A DNA stretch of 64,000 nt, taken from the NCBI GenBank assembly GCA_037189525.1, contig JBBCJC010000003.1, forward strand, positions 640,001 to 704,000. The letters are read 5' to 3'. The notes under the pieces are model-generated. The model saw only the letters and a list, made by a program, of their open reading frames with translations, did not search any database and had not been told where the DNA came from. The position numbers and the translations under genes are program-made. Within the stretch, counting starts at the first letter, position 1; each line of letters begins with the position of its first letter. This DNA comes from Gemmatimonadales bacterium (GTDB lineage Bacteria > Gemmatimonadota > Gemmatimonadetes > Gemmatimonadales > GWC2-71-9). Shown here in pieces: positions 9,200 to 17,932 of the stretch.

Positions 9200-10395
9200 T
9201 CGCTGCTTTGCAACTCGGTGTCGCTCCGCTGCTCGCGGGGATGTTCACCTTGTGGGCGGCCCTGATCGGCCTCGCGTCCGAGGGCGACATCGGGTTGCCT
9301 CGGTTGCTGGCGCCCAGCGGGACCGCGGAACCGGGTCGGTTGTCGCCGGCGCGGGCCCTGCACGTAACCCACCTGGCGCTGATGATGATCGCGGCGTTCT
9401 TCGCCGGGCTGGCGCTCGCCTGGTGGGCATGGCCGTTCCCGCAGGCGCTGGTCAGGCTGGCGCTCGCCGTCCTGTTCGTTTGGGTCGTCAGTGATCTGTT
9501 GCCGCGCCTCTGGGCCAGCAACGAACCGGACCTGGTCCGGGTCGACGGTCGGATTGCCACCGCAACCTTGACGCTTCTGGCGCCGCTCCTCCGCTTCGTG
9601 GCCTGGGCCGATCGCGGTGGGCGTCCGCTCGACGAACTTCCCTCGGCCCGTCGCTCGGCCACTGATGTCCGCGATCGCCTCTCGGGCGTGTTCAGCTTGC
9701 GTGACATGACGGTCGAAGAGGTGATGACGCCGCGGATGGATGTCTTTACCGTCGATCTCTCGGCCACCGGTGCGCAGCTGCTCGATACCCTCAGGGCTGC
9801 CGAACACTCCCGCCTCGTGGTGGTCGACGGCGACCCGGACAATGTCGTCGGCGTGATCTATGCGAAAGACCTGCTGGCCAGTCCGGGGCATCGCGAGGCG
9901 TCCGATTGGCACTCGCTGGTGCGCCAGGTCGAGTTCGTGCCCGAAGCCAAACGTCTCGATCGCCAGCTGCGCGACTTCCAGCGAGGTGGGGCGCACCTGG
10001 TGGTCGTCGTAGACGAGTTTGGCGGAACGGCCGGGATCGTGACGCTCGAGGACGTACTCGAACAGATCGTCGGCGAAATCCAGGACGAGTACGATACCGA
10101 CGAGGCCGTGCCAATCCAGCACACGCCGGAAGGCGCCTGGATCGTCCAGGGCAGTGTGCCGCTCGCCGAGTTGGAGACGGAGCTGGATCATCAGTTCGAC
10201 CGCGAAGATGTCGGCACGGTGGGTGGGTTGGTCCTCGCCCTGGTGGGTCGTGTCCCTCGCGCCGGCGATTCGCTGGTGGCCGGCGAGTACGTTCTGACGA
10301 TCGATCAGGTGGCCCGGCGCCGGGTGCGGCGGGTGACGGTGCGGAAGATTCTGGCGGCGCCCGCGACGACGCCATCCGAGGAGGCCGGCGCGTGA
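9187..10395 (+). CDS. CNNM/CorB-CorC (HlyC) family protein: TM region, CBS pair, CorC domain
   Basis: VEEVMTPR, HSRLVV, VVDEFGGTAGIVTLEDVLEQIVGEIQDEYD. Confidence 0.9.
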   Translation: MSGLIAALQLGVAPLLAGMFTLWAALIGLASEGDIGLPRLLAPSGTAEPGRLSPARALHVTHLALMMIAAFFAGLALAWWAWPFPQALVRLALAVLFVWVVSDLLPRLWASNEPDLVRVDGRIATATLTLLAPLLRFVAWADRGGRPLDELPSARRSATDVRDRLSGVFSLRDMTVEEVMTPRMDVFTVDLSATGAQLLDTLRAAEHSRLVVVDGDPDNVVGVIYAKDLLASPGHREASDWHSLVRQVEFVPEAKRLDRQLRDFQRGGAHLVVVVDEFGGTAGIVTLEDVLEQIVGEIQDEYDTDEAVPIQHTPEGAWIVQGSVPLAELETELDHQFDREDVGTVGGLVLALVGRVPRAGDSLVAGEYVLTIDQVARRRVRRVTVRKILAAPATTPSEEAGA

Positions 10396-11597
10396 TCTGG
10401 GCCGTCGTCGCCGTCGGGTTTGTCCTCACCGTGTTCGGAGCGGCCGCCTCGGCTGCGCTGATCACCGTCAGTCGGGCCGATCTGGCCGATGCGGTGTCGC
10501 GCCGGCTTCGTGGGGCGTCGGAATCGCTCGATTGGCTCCGCGATGCCGAGCGGGAACTGGCCGCCGCGACGACCACCACGGGCCTTGGGATTGCCGTGTT
10601 GGCAGTCGGCTTGTCCGGCCTGGTCGATTGGATCACCGGCGACCTGCCGCTCTGGGGCGTCCTGGTCCTGTTGCTGGGCGTCGCGCTGCCGTTCGTGTTG
10701 ATGAGCGGGTATGTGTTGCCCCGCTGGCTTACCGCACAACGCGCCAGCCGCGCAGCCGATCTGTTCCGGCCGATCCTCCGGCCCTGGTCGCGGTTCGTCG
10801 CCTGGGTCCTGCCGGAACTGAAGAAGCGTCCCGTAGCCGATGTCCGCGCGCTCTGGCGTGAAGGCGCGGCGGGAGCGCTCACGGAAACCGACGAGCTGGT
10901 GATGGTCAGTAACGTGATCACCTTTGCGGAGCGACCGATTCGCGAAGTGATGACGCCGCGCACCAATCTTGCCGCGATTCCGGAAGGCGCCCAGTACGAC
11001 GAGATCCACGCTGCCTTCGTGCAGAGCGGTTACAGCCGGCTGCCGGTCTATCGGGGCACCATCGATGACATCGTCGGCATGGTCCACGTCTTCGATCTCT
11101 TCAAGATGATGCCGACCGAGCCGGTCCCGGTGCGTCCGGTCGGCGCCGCGCCGGCCAGTCGGACCTCAGGCGACGTCCTCCTCGACATGCAGCGCGAACG
11201 GCGCCACCTGACCATCGTGCTGGACGAGTTCGGGGGGACGCTGGGCATCGTGACGCTGGAAGATCTGCTGGAGGCCATGGTCGGCGAGATCTTCGACGAG
11301 AACGACGAAACGGGCGAGCGACGGATTCCGTCGGGTGCGCTGCCGCTCGAAACCGACGGCGGCGCGAGTCTCGAACAGATCGAAAGCCGCTTCGGTGTTG
11401 TCCTGCCGGACGGCCCCTCCCGTTCGATCGGCGGCCGGTTGGTCGAGCTCCTGGGACGATTCCCCCGTGCCGGGGAGCGGCTGCGCCTTCGCGGGCTCGA
11501 GTTCGACATCATTGCCGTGTCGCCCACCCGGATCGACCGCCTCGTCGTCCGGCGGATCGGGGCCGATCCCATCACCCTCGACGCCTCTGGATCGTGA
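10392..11597 (+). CDS. Second CNNM/CorB-CorC (HlyC) family protein
   Basis: GTG overlapping the previous stop (GTGA). TM N-terminus, IREVMTPR, GYSRLPVY, LDEFGGTLGIVTLEDLLE. Confidence 0.9.
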   Translation: MIWAVVAVGFVLTVFGAAASAALITVSRADLADAVSRRLRGASESLDWLRDAERELAAATTTTGLGIAVLAVGLSGLVDWITGDLPLWGVLVLLLGVALPFVLMSGYVLPRWLTAQRASRAADLFRPILRPWSRFVAWVLPELKKRPVADVRALWREGAAGALTETDELVMVSNVITFAERPIREVMTPRTNLAAIPEGAQYDEIHAAFVQSGYSRLPVYRGTIDDIVGMVHVFDLFKMMPTEPVPVRPVGAAPASRTSGDVLLDMQRERRHLTIVLDEFGGTLGIVTLEDLLEAMVGEIFDENDETGERRIPSGALPLETDGGASLEQIESRFGVVLPDGPSRSIGGRLVELLGRFPRAGERLRLRGLEFDIIAVSPTRIDRLVVRRIGADPITLDASGS

Positions 11598-12931
11598 AGA
11601 ACGCCGCCGAGGAAACGCTGGCGCTCTGGCGCGCGGGCCGGGTCGAGGATTTCCTGGCCCGGGCCGGCGAACTCGACCCTGCGGACCTTGCGGACGTGCT
11701 GGCGGCCGCCGGCGACGAGGAGCGGATCGCGATCGTCAAGCGGTTGCCGGCTTCCCAGTCGGGGTCGGCACTGTGGGAAATGCCGTCGGAGGAGCACGCA
11801 GGGGAGACGCTCGCGGCCCTGGAGCCCGCGCAAGCGGCCGGGATCGTCGAGGAACTGCCGGATGACGATGCTGCCGACCTGCTGGCCGACCTCGAGCCCG
11901 AAGACCGGGCCCGGATCCTGGCGCACGTCGGCGATCCCGAGCAGCGGGATGAAGTCGTCGAACTGCTGCAGTACGATTCGGAGTCGGCCGGTGGTCTGAT
12001 GACGACCCGGGTCGTCACGGTCCTGGAGTCGGCGACGGTGGCGCAGGCGCTCGACGAAATCCGGCAGCAGGCCGAAGAGGTCGAAGAGTTTTCCGAAGCC
12101 TATGTGGTGACGCCGCTCGGGCGGCTGGTCGGCATCATGACCTTCAAACGCCTGGTATTGTCGGCTCCCGGCCTCCCGGTTCGGGAGGCGATGGAAGAGC
12201 AGGAGGTCACGGTTCGACCCGAAACCGACCAGGAGGAAGTCGCGCGGCTGATGGCGCGATACAACGTGTCGAGTATGCCGGTCGTGTCGGCCGACGACCG
12301 GTTGCTCGGACGGATCACCTTCGACGACGTGCTGGACGTCGGCGAGGCCGAGGCCACCGAGGACCTGCTGCGCTTCGGCGGCGTCTCGGCAGACGAAGAC
12401 CTGCGGGCCGGCTGGACGGAAGCGGTGCGGAGCCGACTCCCCTGGCTGCTCGTCAACATGGTCACCGCATACGTGGCGGCCATGGTCCCCCTCTATTTCG
12501 ATCGCACAATCGAGCGGATCAGCTTCGTCGCCGCCTACATGGGCATGGTGGCCGGGATGGGCGGCAACACCGGGACGCAGGCCCTGGCAGTCAACGTCCG
12601 CCGGTTGGCCCTGGGGCTGATCGATTTCAATCAGTTCGGCAGCGTAATCCGCAAGGAACTGGCGGTCGGCGCGGTCAACGGCCTGGTCGTCGGCATTCTC
12701 GCGGGCACCGGGGCCGGTCTGATCCAGCGGAACGCCTTGTTCGGGCTGGCCGTGTTCATCACGATGAACGCGAACCTGATCGTTGCCGGCTTTGCGGGCG
12801 CCTTCATTCCGCTCCTGCTCAAGCGGGTGGGTGTGGACCCGGCGTTGGCTTCGTCGGTGTTCGTGACCACGCTCACCGATATCTGCGGCTTCTTCCTCCT
12901 GCTCGGCCTGTCGACCGCGCTCCTGCTCTGA
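11594..12931 (+). CDS. mgtE: Magnesium transporter MgtE
   Basis: Acidic N domain, CBS pair, RLPWLLVN, GMGGNTGTQ, DPALAS, TTLTD (Mg-binding Asp). Confidence 0.95.
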   Translation: MKNAAEETLALWRAGRVEDFLARAGELDPADLADVLAAAGDEERIAIVKRLPASQSGSALWEMPSEEHAGETLAALEPAQAAGIVEELPDDDAADLLADLEPEDRARILAHVGDPEQRDEVVELLQYDSESAGGLMTTRVVTVLESATVAQALDEIRQQAEEVEEFSEAYVVTPLGRLVGIMTFKRLVLSAPGLPVREAMEEQEVTVRPETDQEEVARLMARYNVSSMPVVSADDRLLGRITFDDVLDVGEAEATEDLLRFGGVSADEDLRAGWTEAVRSRLPWLLVNMVTAYVAAMVPLYFDRTIERISFVAAYMGMVAGMGGNTGTQALAVNVRRLALGLIDFNQFGSVIRKELAVGAVNGLVVGILAGTGAGLIQRNALFGLAVFITMNANLIVAGFAGAFIPLLLKRVGVDPALASSVFVTTLTDICGFFLLLGLSTALLL

Positions 12932-13039
12932 CCCGGGGCCGAGCCGGCAAAAAGCGGTTCGCGCCGGGCGAAATTCGCTCGTAATTCGTGGCCTGGCAGC
13001 AACTTGCGGTCGGTCCCCCGGGGTGCGACTTTGCTGGGT

Positions 13040-14077
13040 ATGGATGTGACGCCGCTCCTCGCCGACCTTTCCTTGTCCAGGCCTGCCGTCCTGGCCCGCG
13101 CCATCTCGATCGTCGAAAACGGCCGGCCGGGTTTCGAGCAACTGCTGGGATCGATCCACGCCAAACTCGGCCGGGCCCACCGCATCGGGATCACGGGGCC
13201 GCCGGGAGCGGGCAAGTCGACCCTGACGCATCAGCTGGCGGCGCACTACCGCAAGCAGGGACTGACCGTCGCCATCGTGGCCGTCGACCCGACCAGTCCG
13301 TTCACCGGTGGCGCGCTGCTCGGCGACCGGATCCGGATGGAGCAGGTGGCGCTCGATCCGGGCGTATTCATTCGCTCGATGGCCACGCGCGGTTCGTTAG
13401 GCGGACTCGCCACGACTACGCGGGAAGCGTGTGATGTGCTCGATGCCGCGGGCTTCGATCGGATCCTGATCGAGACGGTCGGTGTCGGTCAGTCCGAACT
13501 CGATGTCGCCAAGATGGCCGATACCACGGTGCTGGTGCTCGTGCCGGAATCCGGCGACGGCATCCAGACGCTCAAGTCGGGCGTGATGGAAATTGCCGAC
13601 GTGTTCGTGGTCAACAAGGCGGACCGGCCGGGGGCAGGGAAGTTGCAGATGGAAATCGACGTGACCCTGGGAATTCGGAAGGGTAACGCGTTCCGTCGCA
13701 TCCGGTCGCACCACGGCGCGTCGCTGCGGTCGGTCGGCGCAGTCGAGCCCGCGCCCGATGCGCCGCCGGCGTGGGAACCGCCGGTGCTGCTCGCCACCGC
13801 GGCGGAGGGCACCGGAATTCCCGAGGTGGCCGAAGCCATTGGCCGGCATCTGACGAACATGGAAACGACGGGGGAATTGGCGACCCGACGACGGCGGCGG
13901 TTGCTGCTGCGCGCGAAGGAGGTCGTCAGTCGCGCGGTCGAACGCTGGATCTGGAACGAATCGGAAACCAACGCCATCATCGAACGGCACACCGACGACA
14001 TGGTGGCCGGTCGGATCAGTCCCTATGACCTGGCGGCCGAGGTGGTCGCCGGGATGAAGGAGGGAGCCCGGGTATGA
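13040..14077 (+). CDS. meaB: MeaB/ArgK G-protein chaperone of B12-dependent mutases
   Basis: GITGPPGAGKST, AVDPTSPFTGGALLGDRIRM, IETVGVGQSE, VVNKAD. Confidence 0.95.
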   Translation: MDVTPLLADLSLSRPAVLARAISIVENGRPGFEQLLGSIHAKLGRAHRIGITGPPGAGKSTLTHQLAAHYRKQGLTVAIVAVDPTSPFTGGALLGDRIRMEQVALDPGVFIRSMATRGSLGGLATTTREACDVLDAAGFDRILIETVGVGQSELDVAKMADTTVLVLVPESGDGIQTLKSGVMEIADVFVVNKADRPGAGKLQMEIDVTLGIRKGNAFRRIRSHHGASLRSVGAVEPAPDAPPAWEPPVLLATAAEGTGIPEVAEAIGRHLTNMETTGELATRRRRRLLLRAKEVVSRAVERWIWNESETNAIIERHTDDMVAGRISPYDLAAEVVAGMKEGARV

Positions 14078-15789
14078 CGGACACGCATGGACCCTCGGCC
14101 GCGGACCTCGCGGTGCGGCTCGCCGAGCGCGAGCGGGAACTGGCGGCGCTGACGCGCGAAGTGGAGGCCTGGCGCGCCGAGTACGGCCGCTTGCCGCTCA
14201 GGAAAGACGGCAACTTCACCTCGATTTCCGGCCGCAGCGTCGAACCGGTTTACACGCCGGGTGATCTGGTCGATACGCTTGGTTCGGAAGCGACGCTGCC
14301 GGGGCACTTTCCGTTTACCCGGGGCATCCACCCCACGATGTACCGCGGCAAGCTGTGGACCATGCGGCTCTTCGCCGGGTTCGGCACCGCCATCGATACC
14401 AACAAGCGCTACAAGTTCCTGCTGGAGCGCGGTCAGACGGGTCTGTCGGTCGCCTTCGACTTTCCGACTCTGATGGGGTACGACTCCGACCATCCCCGGT
14501 CGGAAGGTGAGGTCGGGAAGTGCGGCGTGGCGATCTCGAGTCTGGCCGACATGGAAACGCTGTTCGACGGGATTCCGCTCGACCAGGTCTCCACCTCGAT
14601 GACGATCAACGGTCCGGCCTCGATGCTCTGGTGTTTCTACCTGGCCGCCGCCGAAAAACAGGGCGTCGACCTCCAGAAGCTGCAGGGCACCGTGCAGAAC
14701 GACATGCTGAAGGAGTATCAGGCGCAGCATGCCTGGCTCTACCCGGTCGAGCACGCCATGAAGATCGTGGTCGACATGTTCGAATGGGGTGCTCGGCACG
14801 CCAGCAAATGGAACACCATTTCGATCTCCGGCTATCACATTCGCGAAGCGGGCGCCACGGCTGCGCAGGAACTGGCGTTTACGCTGGCCAACGGGTTCAG
14901 CTACGTCGAGCACGGGATGGCGCGCGGGCTCGCGGTCGACAGCTTCGCACCGCGTCTCTCCTTCTTCTGGGACGTGCACAACGACTTCTTCGAAGAGATC
15001 GCCAAGATGCGGGCGGCGCGCCGCGTCTGGGCCCGCCGGCTGCGGGATCGCTACGGCGCCCGCGACGATCGCAGCATGAAGATGCGGTTCCATTGCCAGA
15101 CCGCCGGCGTCAGTCTCACGGCTCAGCAGCCGATGAACAACGTGGTGCGGGTTGCCTACCAGGCCATGGCGGCCGTGCTGGGCGGAACCCAGTCGCTCCA
15201 CACCAACGCCTTCGATGAGACGCTGGCTCTCCCGACGGAGGAGTCCGTCAGGATCGCGCTCCGGACCCAGCAGATTCTGGCGTACGAAACCGGCGTCGCA
15301 AACGTGATCGACCCGCTGGGCGGCTCTTACTACATCGAAGCGCTGACCGATGCGATGGAGCGCGAGGCGGAAGGTCTCTTTGCCGAAATCGATGCGCAGG
15401 GTGGCGTCGTCGCGGCCGTCGAGAAGGGCTGGTTCCAGCGCCAGATTGCGGCGTCGGCTTCTCGGTTCCAGGACGAAGTCGATTCGGCGCACCGGCCGGT
15501 GGTCGGCGTCAACACGTTTGTCGAGGAAGAGCCCGATCGCCCACTGGAGTTGCTCCGGATCGGTGCAGAAGCGGACGAAACGCAGCGGGTCCGGCTGGCG
15601 CGGTTGCGCGCCGAGCGGAACACCGAGCAGGTAACCCGCGCGCTCGACACGTTGACGCAGGCCGCGCGCGAGGACCAGAATCTGATTCCGGCCATGCTCG
15701 ATTGCGCCCGCTCCTACTGTACGCTGTACGAGATTCGCTACGCGCTCGAGAAGGTTTACGGCGCCTATCGCGAGCCGGTCTTCTTCTAG
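14074..15789 (+). CDS. Acyl-CoA mutase large subunit (MCM family; isobutyryl-CoA mutase-like residues)
   Basis: [54 protein letters not shown]. No B12-binding domain. Confidence 0.92.
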   Translation: MTDTHGPSAADLAVRLAERERELAALTREVEAWRAEYGRLPLRKDGNFTSISGRSVEPVYTPGDLVDTLGSEATLPGHFPFTRGIHPTMYRGKLWTMRLFAGFGTAIDTNKRYKFLLERGQTGLSVAFDFPTLMGYDSDHPRSEGEVGKCGVAISSLADMETLFDGIPLDQVSTSMTINGPASMLWCFYLAAAEKQGVDLQKLQGTVQNDMLKEYQAQHAWLYPVEHAMKIVVDMFEWGARHASKWNTISISGYHIREAGATAAQELAFTLANGFSYVEHGMARGLAVDSFAPRLSFFWDVHNDFFEEIAKMRAARRVWARRLRDRYGARDDRSMKMRFHCQTAGVSLTAQQPMNNVVRVAYQAMAAVLGGTQSLHTNAFDETLALPTEESVRIALRTQQILAYETGVANVIDPLGGSYYIEALTDAMEREAEGLFAEIDAQGGVVAAVEKGWFQRQIAASASRFQDEVDSAHRPVVGVNTFVEEEPDRPLELLRIGAEADETQRVRLARLRAERNTEQVTRALDTLTQAAREDQNLIPAMLDCARSYCTLYEIRYALEKVYGAYREPVFF

Positions 15790-15799
15790 AGGCTTCCTC

Positions 15800-16225
15800 A
15801 TGCCAGAAGCTGAAACCATGTCCCGACCCATTCGTGTTCTGGTTGCAAAACCCGGCTTGGATGGCCACGATCGTGGCGCCAAAGTCGTCGCGGCCGCGCT
15901 GCGCGATGCCGGTATGGAGGTGATCTACACCGGGCTTCACCAGACGCCCGAGATGATTGCCACCGCCGCCGTGCAGGAGGACGTCGACGTCGTCGGACTC
16001 TCGATTCTGTCCGGTGCGCACATGACGCTCTTTCCTCGGGTGCGCAAGCTCCTGGTCGAGGCCGGCCGCCCCGACATCCTGGTGACCGGCGGCGGCATCA
16101 TCCCCTCCGACGATGCCGACGAACTGCATCGCCAGGGCATCGGCAAGCTGTTCGGCCCCGGTACTCCGTTGTCCGACTTGGTCGACTACATCAACGGCTG
16201 GGCTGCCGAACACCTCGATCGGTAA
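15800..16225 (+). CDS. Cobalamin-binding small subunit of acyl-CoA mutase
   Basis: [12 protein letters not shown] (DxHxxG), GLSILSG, TGGGII. Start 15800 or 15818. Confidence 0.95.
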   Translation: MPEAETMSRPIRVLVAKPGLDGHDRGAKVVAAALRDAGMEVIYTGLHQTPEMIATAAVQEDVDVVGLSILSGAHMTLFPRVRKLLVEAGRPDILVTGGGIIPSDDADELHRQGIGKLFGPGTPLSDLVDYINGWAAEHLDR

Positions 16226-16267
16226 CTTGCCGATCTCCCCATTTTCCGTCGAATCAGGACGATCGTT

Positions 16268-17932
16268 TTGACCACCAAGCCCTCGAAATCTTCCGGCCAG
16301 GCCGAGTCGGCCAAACGATCCCGGTTGCGGGAACTGACGGCTGAGTACCAAACCCTCGCCGACAAGCTTCGGGCCGGTGGCGGCCCCGAACGCGTGGCCA
16401 AGATGCACGCGCAGGGGAAGCTGTCGCCGCGCGAACGGGTCACGGCTCTGCTGGATCCGGACAGTCCCTGGATGGAGACCGGACTCCTGGTGGCGTACGA
16501 TCGGTATGACGGCCAGGCGCCGGGCGCCGGCGTCATCACCGGGGTGGGTGTGGTCGAGGGTCGGGAAGTGGTCGTCGTGGCCAACGATGCCACCGTCAAA
16601 GCCGGCTCATGGTGGCCGGAGACGATTGGGAAGATCCTGCGAGCCCAGGAAATCGCGATGCGGCAGCGCATCCCGATCATCTATTTGGTCGACAGCGCGG
16701 GAGTCAACCTGCCGTATCAGGGCGGCGTCTTTCCGGGGCAGTACGGCGCGGCGCGGATTTTCTATTACAACTCGATCATGCGGCGCTATCTCCATGTGCC
16801 ACAGATTGCCGCGGTCATGGGGAGTTGCGTAGCCGGCGGTGCGTACCTGCCGGCGCTGTCCGATGTGATCTTCATGGTCGACGGGACCAGCTTCATGGGA
16901 CTGGGCGGCCCCAATCTGGTCAAAGGCGCCACCGGGCAGGTCGTCGACGGCGAGGTGCTGGGCGGGGCGCGAACCCACACGGAAATCAGCGCCGTGGCGC
17001 ACTACATGGCCGCGAATGATCCCGAATGCGTGACCAAGATCCGCGAGTACGTGGCCCGCTTGCCGCGCTTGCCCGGGGTGACTCATCGCCTCCTCGACGC
17101 GGAGCCGCCGGCTCGGCCGGTCGATGATCTCTACGATCTCCTGCCGCAGGATCACCGCATGTCGTACGACATGCGCCAGGTGCTGGATTGCGTCCTGGAT
17201 GGCGGGAAGCTCGACGAGTTCCAGCCGGCGGTTGGCGCGGAAATGATCTGCGGCCATGGCCGGATCGGCGGCTGGCCGGTGGCCGTGATTGCCAACCAGC
17301 GCGGCATCATCAAGGGCAAGGCCGGCGAGCGGCCTAAGTTCGGCGGGATCATCTATACCGAAAGTGCCGAGAAGGTCGCGTACTTCATCGAGACGGCCAG
17401 CCGGGAACGGATTCCCATCCTGTTCGTGCAGGACGTGAGCGGCTTCATGGTAGGCCCCGATGCGGAGCATTCGGGCATCATCCGCGCCGGGGCGCGTTTC
17501 GTTGAAGCCATGGCGACGGCGGTCGTTCCGCGCATCGTTCTGACGGTCAATCACGCCTCCGGCGCCGGCTACTACGCCATGGCAGGCCAGGGCTTCGATC
17601 CCGATTTCATCCTCTCGTGGCCGACCGGTCGGATGGGCGTGATGGAGGGAGAGGCTGCGATCATGGCCGTGCATGGTCCGGCCATCGAAAAAGCCAAGAA
17701 GGCGGGCACACCGCTGCCCGCCGAGGTCGATGCGGCGGTGACCCGGATGCGCGCGGATTACGATCGCGATCTCGATGCGCGCCATGCGGCCGCGCGGGGT
17801 CAGGTCGACGCCATCATTACGCCGGAGGAGACCCGTGACCTGCTCGCCTTCCTGGTCCGCACCTCGGCCAACTTTGCCGGACCCCACATCGGGCCTTTTG
17901 TCCTCCCGCCGCTCGATCATGCGGGTGTCTAG
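16268..17932 (+). CDS. Acyl-CoA carboxylase carboxyltransferase (beta) subunit, 3-methylcrotonyl-CoA carboxylase-like
   Basis: GKLSPRERV, ANDATVKAG, LRAQEIA, YLVDSAGVNLP.Q, GSCVAGGAY, QDVSGFMVG. Confidence 0.9.
   Translation: MTTKPSKSSGQAESAKRSRLRELTAEYQTLADKLRAGGGPERVAKMHAQGKLSPRERVTALLDPDSPWMETGLLVAYDRYDGQAPGAGVITGVGVVEGREVVVVANDATVKAGSWWPETIGKILRAQEIAMRQRIPIIYLVDSAGVNLPYQGGVFPGQYGAARIFYYNSIMRRYLHVPQIAAVMGSCVAGGAYLPALSDVIFMVDGTSFMGLGGPNLVKGATGQVVDGEVLGGARTHTEISAVAHYMAANDPECVTKIREYVARLPRLPGVTHRLLDAEPPARPVDDLYDLLPQDHRMSYDMRQVLDCVLDGGKLDEFQPAVGAEMICGHGRIGGWPVAVIANQRGIIKGKAGERPKFGGIIYTESAEKVAYFIETASRERIPILFVQDVSGFMVGPDAEHSGIIRAGARFVEAMATAVVPRIVLTVNHASGAGYYAMAGQGFDPDFILSWPTGRMGVMEGEAAIMAVHGPAIEKAKKAGTPLPAEVDAAVTRMRADYDRDLDARHAAARGQVDAIITPEETRDLLAFLVRTSANFAGPHIGPFVLPPLDHAGV

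Noticed and set aside
12932..13039. Cobalamin riboswitch upstream of meaB/mutase
   Set aside because: Only ~108 nt with simple hairpins; no B12-box (GGGAA...GCCACTG) elements.
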